A stretch of DNA of 64,000 nucleotides from positions 256,001 through 320,000 of the forward strand of contig OY970065.1 of the NCBI GenBank assembly GCA_963705295.1, written 5' to 3'. Positions 36,862 to 46,173 of the stretch are shown one piece after another. This DNA is from Parachlamydiales bacterium. GTDB taxonomy: Bacteria; Chlamydiota; Chlamydiia; Chlamydiales; Rhabdochlamydiaceae. The position numbers were made by a program, and so were the translations under genes. Below the pieces are notes generated by a model. That model saw only the letters and a list, made by a program, of their open reading frames with translations, did not search any database and had not been told where the DNA came from. The stretch's first letter is position 1. The number at the start of each line of letters is the position of its first letter.

Positions 36862-38526
36862 TTATTCTCCTTCGAGAAGATCGAGGAAGGCTTGGAGTTG
36901 TTTGGAGCGGGTAGGATGGCGCATCTTGCGAAGGGCTTTGGCTTCGATTTGACGGACACGTTCGCGAGTGACTTTGAAACGGACACCGACTTCTTCGAGT
37001 GTTTTGGGTTTCCCATCGAGAAGACCAAACCGCTCGATGAGAACGGTTCTCTCACGGTCGGTGAGGGTTGAAAGGACTTCGTTCATTTTATCTTTGAGAA
37101 TGGAGTAGCCGGTTGCCTCCGCAGGAGATTCGGTTGAAGTATCTTCGAGGAAATCTCCGAATTGGCTTTCACCGCCGTCGCCGACCTCAGCTTGGAGAGA
37201 AATGGGGTGTTGCGCGATTTTATAAATTTCACGGATCCGTTCAGGGGTAAGGCCGAGCTCGTTTGCGAGTTCTTCGGGGGTGGGTTCGCGGCCGGTCTCC
37301 ATCATCAACTTTTTAGCACCGCGGAGCACTTTGTTGATCGTTTCGATCATATGAACTGGGATACGGATGGTGCGGGCTTGATCGGCAATGGCACGCGTGA
37401 CAGCTTGTCTGATCCACCATGTGGCGTAAGTAGAGAACTTGTAACCCCGTCTATATTCGAATTTTTCGACAGCCTTCATCAGGCCCATGTTTCCTTCTTG
37501 AATCAAATCGAGGAAAGAAAGGCCCCGGTTGGTGTATTTTTTCGCAATGGAGATGACGAGTCGAAGGTTCGATTCGACCATTTCTCGCTTCGCTTCCTGG
37601 CTCTTATCCATCCAACGTTGGAGCATGCGGACATCTTTTTTAAATTCGTCGAGAGTCCGTCCGGCAGCCAATTCACGTTTTAAGAGTTTCCGTTGAACCG
37701 CAAGGAGCTTGGCAGCTGCAAATTTATTTTTTTCCGCCCTAGGAATCAGCTCTTGCATCTCTTTTTCAAGGGAGAGAAATCTGTCGTAGGCGGTCATGAT
37801 CACTTCACCAAAATCTTCGATGATATTATGGCGGAGATGGAGCTGGCGGAGATACGCCTGGGTCCTGATCCGACATTTTTCAATATCTTCTAAAATCTTT
37901 GCTTTGTCGGTTTTCTTGAGTTGTGGATCACGGAGTTGGAGCATGTAATTTTCTAAAATCGAATCTTCGAGTTTGAGAAGTTCAATCAGGCGGGGAAGAA
38001 GGCTTAGAAAATTGTTTTTATCGGTGACTTCTTTTTCGGAGATAACTTTGTCAAACCGGTCTTTATTCTGGATGAGATAGTTCGCAATCGAGATCGCTTC
38101 ACGGGTTGAATACCTAAACCGCATGATGATTTTTTCAATTTGAATCTGAGCTTTTTCAATCCGCTTGGAAATTTCGACTTCTTCTTCCCGTGTCAGAAGA
38201 GGAACTGAGCCCATTTCTTTGAGATACATCCGTACAGGATCGTCAGAAGTTCCTTCCGGTCTTTTGGTTAAACCTTCGAGTTCTTTGGCTTCTTTTTTCC
38301 GCTCTTTTTGACGCTCGACTTCGGCCTGATTGAGAACTTGAACGTCCATCCCGCTCAAAAAGATAAGGACCTGATCGATCTGATCAGGAGAATCGAAACT
38401 CATCGGCAGAATTTCGTTGATCTCCTCGTAGGTGATAAATCCTTGCTCCTTGGCAAGAGCGACGAGTTCTTCGATCTTCTGTTGATGCTGTTGTGTAAAA
38501 ACGGTGGAAAAATTTCCTTTACTCAT
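36862..38526 (-). CDS. rpoD: Primary sigma factor (sigma66/RpoD)
   Basis: [58 protein letters not shown]. Confidence 0.98.
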   Translation of the reverse strand: MSKGNFSTVFTQQHQQKIEELVALAKEQGFITYEEINEILPMSFDSPDQIDQVLIFLSGMDVQVLNQAEVERQKERKKEAKELEGLTKRPEGTSDDPVRMYLKEMGSVPLLTREEEVEISKRIEKAQIQIEKIIMRFRYSTREAISIANYLIQNKDRFDKVISEKEVTDKNNFLSLLPRLIELLKLEDSILENYMLQLRDPQLKKTDKAKILEDIEKCRIRTQAYLRQLHLRHNIIEDFGEVIMTAYDRFLSLEKEMQELIPRAEKNKFAAAKLLAVQRKLLKRELAAGRTLDEFKKDVRMLQRWMDKSQEAKREMVESNLRLVISIAKKYTNRGLSFLDLIQEGNMGLMKAVEKFEYRRGYKFSTYATWWIRQAVTRAIADQARTIRIPVHMIETINKVLRGAKKLMMETGREPTPEELANELGLTPERIREIYKIAQHPISLQAEVGDGGESQFGDFLEDTSTESPAEATGYSILKDKMNEVLSTLTDRERTVLIERFGLLDGKPKTLEEVGVRFKVTRERVRQIEAKALRKMRHPTRSKQLQAFLDLLEGE

Positions 38527-38568
38527 GCAATTCTTTAGATTTTCCTTGGAAATTATCTTGTTGTCAAT

Positions 38569-39021
38569 ATGCAATACGGAAAAAGTTTATCACATTTGCA
38601 AATCCAACTCCACCTAAAAGCGCTGGAGCCTCAGCTCATTTTGGAGAAAAAAATTGAAAATAGAATTGCCGATGCCGTTTGGGAAGAAAAAAAAATCGTT
38701 TTCGAAATCCAATTTTCTCCCATTTCGTTAGAGGAAGTTCAAAACCGGTGCCGTGATTATCAAAGGCTGGGATACACCCCGATTTGGATCTTGCATGACA
38801 GGCGGTTCAATCGGCCATGGATGTCTCCTGCAGAGGAATATTTAAGGACGCATGCAACAACTTTTTTTACCGATGGCCACCACTTCTATGATCTATCAGA
38901 TGATGGAGATAAAGTCGCTGTCGACCCGTTTAACCCTGTCCTTTCTAAAATCAAAAGGGGGAAGAGAGATTTTATATATAAAATTTTAATTTATAAACTT
39001 CTCGAAAGCTGCACGAAGTAG
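38569..39021 (+). CDS. CoiA-like nuclease-domain protein
   Basis: H...[21 protein letters not shown]...R..DY..LGY.PIWIL. Confidence 0.75.
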   Translation: MQYGKSLSHLQIQLHLKALEPQLILEKKIENRIADAVWEEKKIVFEIQFSPISLEEVQNRCRDYQRLGYTPIWILHDRRFNRPWMSPAEEYLRTHATTFFTDGHHFYDLSDDGDKVAVDPFNPVLSKIKRGKRDFIYKILIYKLLESCTK

Positions 39022-39407
39022 AAAAATATTCCTAAGATCATGAGAGAATAAAGAGACGTTTTCCAAGGGAAAATCCGTTCTAAAGATGAAATTTCCGGAT
39101 GGGAGGGGTTATGCCAAGCTTTCCAGCTTTGGGATGAAACCTTTTTTATCTGATTTTCGGCGCTCAAACGGTTTAACTGATATGGCTTAGAGAAAACAGT
39201 CTTCCCTTTAAAAATTTTATTCTCCACAGTAAATGAGTACCGCGCTTGGATCGCAAAACCGCTCGATTTTTTCCTAATTTTCCATTGATGAACCGTGACA
39301 GGAACCGCCCTATCGATCGTAGAATAGTGCCAAAGGGAGATCCCGGCACGCGTCATAAAGACGATGGCGATGAGACCAAGATTGAATTTAAAGATACGCA
39401 GTAGCAT
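38991..39407 (-). CDS. Hypothetical membrane protein (DUF3592-like architecture)
   Basis: TM, beta domain (ARYSFTVE, WHNPSHPEIS.LER), TM; start 39407 avoids overlap with rpsT. Confidence 0.6.
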   Translation of the reverse strand: MLLRIFKFNLGLIAIVFMTRAGISLWHYSTIDRAVPVTVHQWKIRKKSSGFAIQARYSFTVENKIFKGKTVFSKPYQLNRLSAENQIKKVSSQSWKAWHNPSHPEISSLERIFPWKTSLYSLMILGIFFYFVQLSRSL

Positions 39408-39410
39408 AAT
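39382..39410 (+). promoter_or_regulatory. Candidate rpsT promoter
   Basis: TTGAAT-17 nt-CATAAT. Confidence 0.55.
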
Positions 39411-39434
39411 GGGTTGATAATTTAAGGATTTTAT

Positions 39435-39722
39435 ATGGCAGAAGAAAAAAAAGGTGCAGAAAAAAAAGCAAAGACGAAAACTCCTACCGCTGTCAAACGG
39501 CATAAACAGAGTTTAAAAGCTCGTCTTCACAACCGCAGTTTCAAAGCAAAAGTGAGAACAGCGATCAATGCTTTTGATGAAGCGGTCAGTAAAGGGGACA
39601 AAGCGGCCATTCAATCTCGGTTAAACGGTGTTTATAGCTTGATGGATAAAGGTGTTAAGACAGGAAATTACAAGCTCAACAAAGCTGCCCGAACTAAGTC
39701 CCGTCTCGCGAGTAAAATCTAG
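39435..39722 (+). CDS. rpsT: 30S ribosomal protein S20
   Basis: TAVKRHKQS.KARLHNRSFKAKVRTAI...MDKGVK.G..KLNKAARTKSRL. Confidence 0.95.
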   Translation: MAEEKKGAEKKAKTKTPTAVKRHKQSLKARLHNRSFKAKVRTAINAFDEAVSKGDKAAIQSRLNGVYSLMDKGVKTGNYKLNKAARTKSRLASKI

Positions 39723-41049
39723 ATTTCAAGCCCGATCTTCTTCGACTAGATCGGGAAATGGTCTTTTCAAGAGTTTCCGCATCACTGCAAATCTTCACAG
39801 AATGCCTCGCACGGGTGATAGCTGTATATAAAACTTCTCGTCCAAACGCTTCGCTCCCCGGAGGAAGAACGACCAACACGTCATCAAATTCATTCCCCTG
39901 ACTTTTATGGACAGTGAGAACATATCCGAGTTCATAAGGAGGCAGATTCCCCACCGGGATTTTTCTACCATTAAATTCTGCATAAGTTTTATGGAGAATT
40001 CCCATTTCTCCATTGTAGAGCTCAGCTTCATAATCTGTTTTTGTGATCATGATCGGAATTTGCTGGGCTTCTCCTTTTGACATCTTTCGATGTAAGATTT
40101 TTTTATTGAGCACATTAACCCCAAATGGGCCTTCTCGAATCGGGGATAAGATACAGGTATGTTTTAAGATAATCTCTTCGGAAAGAGGATAGTCAGCCGT
40201 GATTGTTTTTCCAGCCAGGACATCTTGAGCTTTCTGAACGATCTCGACTCGATCGGAGCGGAGACATTTCTTGAGATGTGCTGTTGGGAGAAGATCGACA
40301 AGATCTCCAAAAAGACTTCCCGAATCAACCGGAGGAAGTTGGTTCCCATCTCCTAGAAAAACCACTCTTTGACCGATCTCAATCGAACTTAAAAAGAAGG
40401 CAAAAAGTTTTGCATCGATCATCGACGATTCGTCCACAATGATCAGATCGGCTTTTACAAAAGAACTCCCGCGTGCTAAGTGGCGGGGAGATTTAATCCC
40501 CAAAATCGCATGGAGGGTTCCACAGATCGCTTCGGGATTAAATTGTTTCAAACGTAAAGCGGCTTTACCGGTTGGTGCCATCAAGATCACATTAGGGCCA
40601 AAAGCACGGACGAGCTGAGATGTGAGAAACGTTTTTCCAGTGCCAGGCCCCCCTTCAATGAGGGTGATGGTATTCGACAAGGCTAGTTTTATAGCCTCCT
40701 CTTGTTCCTCCGTCAATCCTGTATTTTCAGGAAGCGGGATGGGTGTAACAGAAAAGGAAAGCTGTTGAAGCCGCTCCAAAATTCTAGTCTCGTACGTGTA
40801 GTTTTTTTCGAGATAAAACAGCCCCCCATGTTGCCGAATATAAGGAGAGGAAGCGGTCTTCGATCCTTCGATGACCTTTTTTTTCCACTCGCCTTCTAAA
40901 GGGATGTGTTCGAGATCAAGACAGAGATGGCCTAAACGGGAAGTTGCCATGAGAGCAGCATAAAAAATTCTCTCCGACTCCGATGCTGGATGGAGATCTG
41001 CAAAATATAGATCGAGGGGAGTCAAAATTTCCGGAAGTTCTTGACGCAT
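39694..41049 (-). CDS. recD: Exodeoxyribonuclease V alpha subunit (short)
   Basis: GHLCL, EEQEEAI, GGPGTGKT, APTGKAA, IVDESSM, LGDGNQLPPV, LYNGEMG, LTVHKSQG.EF, REVLYTAITRAR. Confidence 0.93.
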   Translation of the reverse strand: MRQELPEILTPLDLYFADLHPASESERIFYAALMATSRLGHLCLDLEHIPLEGEWKKKVIEGSKTASSPYIRQHGGLFYLEKNYTYETRILERLQQLSFSVTPIPLPENTGLTEEQEEAIKLALSNTITLIEGGPGTGKTFLTSQLVRAFGPNVILMAPTGKAALRLKQFNPEAICGTLHAILGIKSPRHLARGSSFVKADLIIVDESSMIDAKLFAFFLSSIEIGQRVVFLGDGNQLPPVDSGSLFGDLVDLLPTAHLKKCLRSDRVEIVQKAQDVLAGKTITADYPLSEEIILKHTCILSPIREGPFGVNVLNKKILHRKMSKGEAQQIPIMITKTDYEAELYNGEMGILHKTYAEFNGRKIPVGNLPPYELGYVLTVHKSQGNEFDDVLVVLPPGSEAFGREVLYTAITRARHSVKICSDAETLEKTISRSSRRRSGLKSRFYSRDGT

Positions 41050-41157
41050 AGATTTAAAAGTAAATAATCTTTCTGTAATGCCTGCAATTCCACCATCTTT
41101 TACCTACGAAAGAGAACTCATCTCGTACGAGAAGGTTATTCCGAAAAAAACTTTCCC

Positions 41158-43407
41158 ATGGTTAAAAATTGCCTTCTTACTCGGCTTTTTAGCTTTTTTT
41201 TTCTATTTTACCCTAAAAAAGAGATTAGCAAAATCCCTCTAGTCTATTTAAAAGGGGCGTGTCCCGATTTTACAGGCAGGAAACACGATCTTGAAATTCT
41301 CGACAAAGATCTGATTCGAAAGCACTCGTTGAGAGATTTTCGAGCCTCTTCTAAAATTAAAGTTCTCTGGGGAAAAGGGGGATTTGGGAAAAGTGAACTT
41401 GCCATTGAATTTGCCAATCGGTTTTTTTCCCACTTCTCACTCATTTGGACATTTTACTGTGATAGCGGAGAACATATTGACCAGAGCTATCGGAAGCTGG
41501 CTGAAAAATTGGGAATTTCCGATTTCAAAGAACCGCTCGAAAAAGTAAAAGAAAAGGTCCATTTCTACCTAGAAAATCACTCGTTTGATCGTCCTTGGCT
41601 TTTGATTTTTGACAATGTGGAGAATGACCTGGCTCACTATCCGCAAAGAGGGGGTGTGATTTTAATCACCTCGCAAAAAAAAATCTTAAATCCAGAATTT
41701 CTTCTGGAAGTCAAACCTTTTTCAAAAGAAGAATCTCTCGAACTTTTGGAGAAAATTACGGGGGAAAAAAGGGGAAAAGAAATGGAATCTCTCGTACAAG
41801 AACTCGAAGGGATTCCACTGTTGATCAACTATGCAGCTCACTACATTAAAGCAACGCCCGGTTGCAGCTCCGCCGATTATTACCATCTATTTTCATCCCA
41901 TCTCTTTGAAAAAGAAGGTCCCTTTTGCAGAGACGTCGATATCAATGGGAGGTATTTAAAAAGTTTAGCCGCTTCGTGGAAATTTCCATTAGAGTCGTTA
42001 AAAAAAGAAACACCCCAAGCTCTCGAATGGCTTTTTGTCTGTAGTTATCTTTACCCTGAGCAAATTCCAGAGCAGTGGATTGATGACTGGCTTAAAGTTC
42101 AGAATCAAGAGCTGCAAAGAAAAGAGATATTAAAAGCCCTGCAAACATACGGGGTCATCCGTTACGATGCACCAACGAAAACTTTTTCCTTACACCGTTT
42201 TTTCCAACATATGATCCGAGAAAGTCGAAAAGAGTTTATCAACCATGATCTAAGCCAAGCGATTTTTCTTCTTGCAAAACATGCTCAAGATTTCGATTTT
42301 ACTCAACTTGCTTCGTGGAAAAAAGGAGAGCTGTGGTTCATGCATGCCCATGAGGTTGAACACTGGATGGCTTTATATCCATTCCCTTTTTCTAAGGATG
42401 TTATCACTTTTTACGAGGGATTTGCCTCGTATTGTTTTTTTAAAGACCGTTATGCCGATGCTCTAGAGACAAATTATAAAATTCTCAAATTATTAGAGGA
42501 TAATAACTCGGAAAGAGGACGTGTCTATCAAAGAATTGGATGGCTCCTGCTGAGACTTGGAAAACAGGATGAGGCCCTGCAAGCATGTGAATTGGCGGAG
42601 AGATGGCAGGAGAAACAGACCTTAGAATACGCTGAAACACTCATGACAAAAGGGAAAATCTTGTGTGGAGGTGGAGATTATTCAAAGGCCCTCCACTGTT
42701 ATGAACAAGCCCTTAAAATCAGGCGGCAACATTTAGGAGAAAATCATGTTGAAGTGGGAAGAACTCTTTTCAATATGACCCGTTGTCTCGATAAGCTGGG
42801 CCGAGGTCAAGAAGTTTTGCAGCTGCATCCCCAAATTGAAAATATCTTTAAAAAAACCTGCGGATTAAAACATCCCTTTTACGCATGGAGCCTTGAAATC
42901 AAAGCCAAAGTCAAACGAGGCATGGGAGAGTATGAAGAAGCCCTCAAACTGTTTGATCAGTCGCTTTCGATCCTCCTGGCAACGCGCGGCCCGAACCATG
43001 GGGAATTGGCCCCTTCTTGGTATGGAAAAGGGTGGTGTTATTATTATCTAAAAGATTACGCGAAGGCCAAAAAAGCATTTAAAAAAGCATTTCGTATTGG
43101 TCTTCCATATTACGGAGAAAATTCGTACTTAGGGATCCGTTTCTATCGAGGTCTCGGGATGAATTATATCAAGGAAGGGCGGATTGAAAAAGGACTCACC
43201 CTCCTTCTCCATTGGTACGAAAAAAGCACCCTGCTCTATGCGAATTCACCCAAGCTTCTCTTATCAACAAATGAATTTAAAGAAATCATTGAAGAAATCC
43301 GTGGAAATTCCGAACTTCTAGAGAGAGCCAGAAATATGATAAGCGGAGGGTCCTCTGACAAAGAGAAAGAAAACCCCGCCAAAAGTATAAGTTCCAAAGA
43401 GTTTTAA
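41158..43407 (+). CDS. STAND NB-ARC NTPase with C-terminal TPRs (NLR-like); true start may be 41078 via a frameshift
   Basis: FTGR, P-loop GKGGFGKS, Walker B WLLIFDN, ILITS, GIPL (GLPL), FSLH (MHD-equivalent); kinesin-light-chain-type TPRs (ALKIRRQHLGENH). Confidence 0.88.
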   Translation: MVKNCLLTRLFSFFFLFYPKKEISKIPLVYLKGACPDFTGRKHDLEILDKDLIRKHSLRDFRASSKIKVLWGKGGFGKSELAIEFANRFFSHFSLIWTFYCDSGEHIDQSYRKLAEKLGISDFKEPLEKVKEKVHFYLENHSFDRPWLLIFDNVENDLAHYPQRGGVILITSQKKILNPEFLLEVKPFSKEESLELLEKITGEKRGKEMESLVQELEGIPLLINYAAHYIKATPGCSSADYYHLFSSHLFEKEGPFCRDVDINGRYLKSLAASWKFPLESLKKETPQALEWLFVCSYLYPEQIPEQWIDDWLKVQNQELQRKEILKALQTYGVIRYDAPTKTFSLHRFFQHMIRESRKEFINHDLSQAIFLLAKHAQDFDFTQLASWKKGELWFMHAHEVEHWMALYPFPFSKDVITFYEGFASYCFFKDRYADALETNYKILKLLEDNNSERGRVYQRIGWLLLRLGKQDEALQACELAERWQEKQTLEYAETLMTKGKILCGGGDYSKALHCYEQALKIRRQHLGENHVEVGRTLFNMTRCLDKLGRGQEVLQLHPQIENIFKKTCGLKHPFYAWSLEIKAKVKRGMGEYEEALKLFDQSLSILLATRGPNHGELAPSWYGKGWCYYYLKDYAKAKKAFKKAFRIGLPYYGENSYLGIRFYRGLGMNYIKEGRIEKGLTLLLHWYEKSTLLYANSPKLLLSTNEFKEIIEEIRGNSELLERARNMISGGSSDKEKENPAKSISSKEF

Positions 43408-46173
43408 ATACCTTTCCAAAGCTGTTCTATAGATTTTTGCTTGGAGAAAATAGTCATGCCCCTCCATTTCTTTTTCTAGATCTTTTTTCTCGTAATTTTC
43501 CAAAATGTTGGTTTTCCAGTCGACGATGTAATAGATTCCTTTGTGTTGAAAACAAAGATCGATAAATCCTTTCATCACACCGTCGTTTGTCGGATATAAA
43601 AATTCCACTTCAGGTAAGACAAGGGAAGGATCGATAGCGCGCAAACTAAAATCGTGCAGAGGAAGATCGAGAGTCTTTTCAATCATATCATGGAGCGCAG
43701 CCTCTAGATTCTCCAGATGCGTTCCCCGGATTTCATTCTTAATAATTTCAGAAAGAGTCGAAGTCCGATTGAAAAATTGTTCAAAAATGCGATGCACAAT
43801 GAGTCCCGTTTCACTCCCTGCAGGAACGAGTGGACTCATCATCACTTTTTTCTCAGGCATAGCATCGGATAGGGAAGAAAAAGAGTGAAGGAAAAGAGGT
43901 TTAAAAAACTTAAGGTTAGCAGGCAGCGGAGTGGGTGTGATAGGAGCCTTCTCATAAGACTTCAGTTGAAACTCCATTTCATTCAAAAAAACACGGTTAA
44001 ATGAGTTTATATCCGGTGAAACCCGGCTGAAGAAAAGCTCCATCGGAGATCCTTCTCCGGGGTCGAAAGATTTTCCACTCATTTCTTTTAAATAAGGAAT
44101 GTAAAGCCTAGTTTTCGCCCGGGTGAGAGCGACGTAGAGTTGTCTCATTTTTTCAGCATCTTGTTCTCGTACATTCTCATCATCTGACGGGGTTCTAACC
44201 ATCATTCCCAAAGCAAAAACGGTTTCAAATTCAAGTCCTTTGCTGGCGTGGGTTGTCATGATTTGAATCCCCTGAGGATGAGCAGAAATCCGGTCGTCCT
44301 GCTCGTGGATCTTTAAAAGGCTCAGTGACTTCAGCATCTGGTGTGGATCTCGAATAAAACCGATCTTTTCGATGACCTCGAGAAGATCCCGATAGAGGAT
44401 CGGATCGAGTCCGGGATAAATCTGAAGAAAATGGGCCATAAAGGCGGAAAAGCCCGATTTTTCCCAGATCTCCGCACACTCCGAAAAACTACCGAAGTGA
44501 TCCATTAAATTTTCTAGAGGAAGACCGACCAAAGGCCCCAATAAGACTTTTTTAATAGAACCGATTCCAAAACAAGCTTCAATGAGTTCCTCTAACAGTT
44601 CAAGGATGAGGGAATCCCCCAAACTTCCACTCCGCATCAGGCAAGAGGGAAAATTCCATCGGTCGAGATAGTTTTTAAGACGGGCTGCTTGGTACCGATC
44701 TTTCACCAAAATAGCGACATGGCTTGGGTCCAAATTTAATCTGCAAATCTCATGCACAATGAAAGGGAAAAAATAGTCTGTTTCTATAGAGAGAGTCGGC
44801 CATTTTTTCCCCGACTTCAGAGATTCTTCAACAACCATAAAGCATACATCGCCCTCTCCCTCTTTGGCACTCTTTAAGGGGGGAATTTGAAGATGTAGAT
44901 TTAAACGGGGAAGATCCATCCATGGTTGATTGCAGAATAGACGGTTTAACGACTCCAAAAGGTGAGGAGAAGATCGGAAATTCGTTCTCAGTTCTCCTTT
45001 TTGAACAAACAAATTCTGTGCCTGAAGAAACGTGTAAATATCAGCTTTTCGAAAAGCATAGATCGATTGTTTCGGATCTCCAACAAGATATATTGATTTT
45101 TCAGGTTCATTGAAAAATAAAGTCTCAAAGATTTTCCACTGGATTGGATCGGTATCTTGAAATTCATCGACGATAACAGCACGGTATTTTTTTCGAATTT
45201 TCTCGACGAAGGTGGTATCGGAAAGTCTCTCGCTCACTTTTTTCAGAAGATCATCGGGAGAAATTTGTTCACCATCCAGAGAAAGCTCTTTTTTGGTCTC
45301 GGTCCAGTGCTTTGCCAAGATTTTTAAAATTTTTCTTGGGCTCCGCGCTTCTTGAAACAGCTCGCGAAGCTGCTCCATGGCTGGGTGGCCAGGAAATTTT
45401 GATTTGGCTTTCAAATTTGTTGGTTCTAACCCTTCGAGGAAAAGTTCTTTTTCACCAATGAGATAATCCCATTCTTCAGGAAGATATTCTCCTCTTTTTA
45501 GAGCTTTTTCTACGATATTTGCCTGTTTTGAAAAAGAGGGCGAGGTCATTCCTTTGTAATGGATCCGAATCTCCTCGAAAACAGAGCTGACGGGGAAAAA
45601 ACTAAGTTTTGGCATGGTAGGTATAGATACATTTCCATCGGCTGATAAAAGTTTTTCGATCAAAAGCTCGAGGTCATTTCGGCAAAATCCCATCAAACGC
45701 TTTAACTGATGAGGGGTGACGGCCTCGGTTTTGCGTAAAAATTGCAATAAAGCCCATCTTTCTTCCGGGTTGTCCCAATCTTGAAGCTCAAATCCGACGT
45801 CTGCTTCGAAAGCAAACTCTTGCAAGAGTCTAAAACAAAACCCGTGAATAGTAAAAATTTGAGCTTGATCAAACAGTGCAAGAGACGTCTTTAATTTTTC
45901 TTTTTGTGCAGGTGAAATATCTCTTATGTATTCAAAAGTGGTTTCGCCAGCTAGAACTCTCTCTAAATTGCTTTTGATTCGATCACGTAATTCTCGAGTG
46001 GCTGCCCTTGTAAAGGTCACGACAACGATTTGTTCGAGCAGAAAATCTGTCTCGAGCAGCAATCGGATCACCAAATGTTCGATCGTGAATGTTTTGCCAG
46101 TCCCTGCAGAGGCTTCTAGAAAAAGGCGCGGAGGAAGGGGTGTCGATTTTAAAGTGATATCAAAGGAGGTCAT
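43318..46173 (-). CDS. recB: Exodeoxyribonuclease V beta subunit
   Basis: EASAGTGKT, VVTFTRAATREL, DEFQDTD, VGDPKQSIYAFR, HASKGLEF, LYVALTRAK, nuclease GFIDL..IVDWKT; GGGAGG RBS before ATG 46173. Confidence 0.95.
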   Translation of the reverse strand: MTSFDITLKSTPLPPRLFLEASAGTGKTFTIEHLVIRLLLETDFLLEQIVVVTFTRAATRELRDRIKSNLERVLAGETTFEYIRDISPAQKEKLKTSLALFDQAQIFTIHGFCFRLLQEFAFEADVGFELQDWDNPEERWALLQFLRKTEAVTPHQLKRLMGFCRNDLELLIEKLLSADGNVSIPTMPKLSFFPVSSVFEEIRIHYKGMTSPSFSKQANIVEKALKRGEYLPEEWDYLIGEKELFLEGLEPTNLKAKSKFPGHPAMEQLRELFQEARSPRKILKILAKHWTETKKELSLDGEQISPDDLLKKVSERLSDTTFVEKIRKKYRAVIVDEFQDTDPIQWKIFETLFFNEPEKSIYLVGDPKQSIYAFRKADIYTFLQAQNLFVQKGELRTNFRSSPHLLESLNRLFCNQPWMDLPRLNLHLQIPPLKSAKEGEGDVCFMVVEESLKSGKKWPTLSIETDYFFPFIVHEICRLNLDPSHVAILVKDRYQAARLKNYLDRWNFPSCLMRSGSLGDSLILELLEELIEACFGIGSIKKVLLGPLVGLPLENLMDHFGSFSECAEIWEKSGFSAFMAHFLQIYPGLDPILYRDLLEVIEKIGFIRDPHQMLKSLSLLKIHEQDDRISAHPQGIQIMTTHASKGLEFETVFALGMMVRTPSDDENVREQDAEKMRQLYVALTRAKTRLYIPYLKEMSGKSFDPGEGSPMELFFSRVSPDINSFNRVFLNEMEFQLKSYEKAPITPTPLPANLKFFKPLFLHSFSSLSDAMPEKKVMMSPLVPAGSETGLIVHRIFEQFFNRTSTLSEIIKNEIRGTHLENLEAALHDMIEKTLDLPLHDFSLRAIDPSLVLPEVEFLYPTNDGVMKGFIDLCFQHKGIYYIVDWKTNILENYEKKDLEKEMEGHDYFLQAKIYRTALERYLKLFGTYTFGGVFFLFVRGPSAYHISGSL

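Noticed and set aside
37162..37683. 173-aa ORF antisense to rpoD
   Set aside because: Typical shadow frame of a conserved gene.
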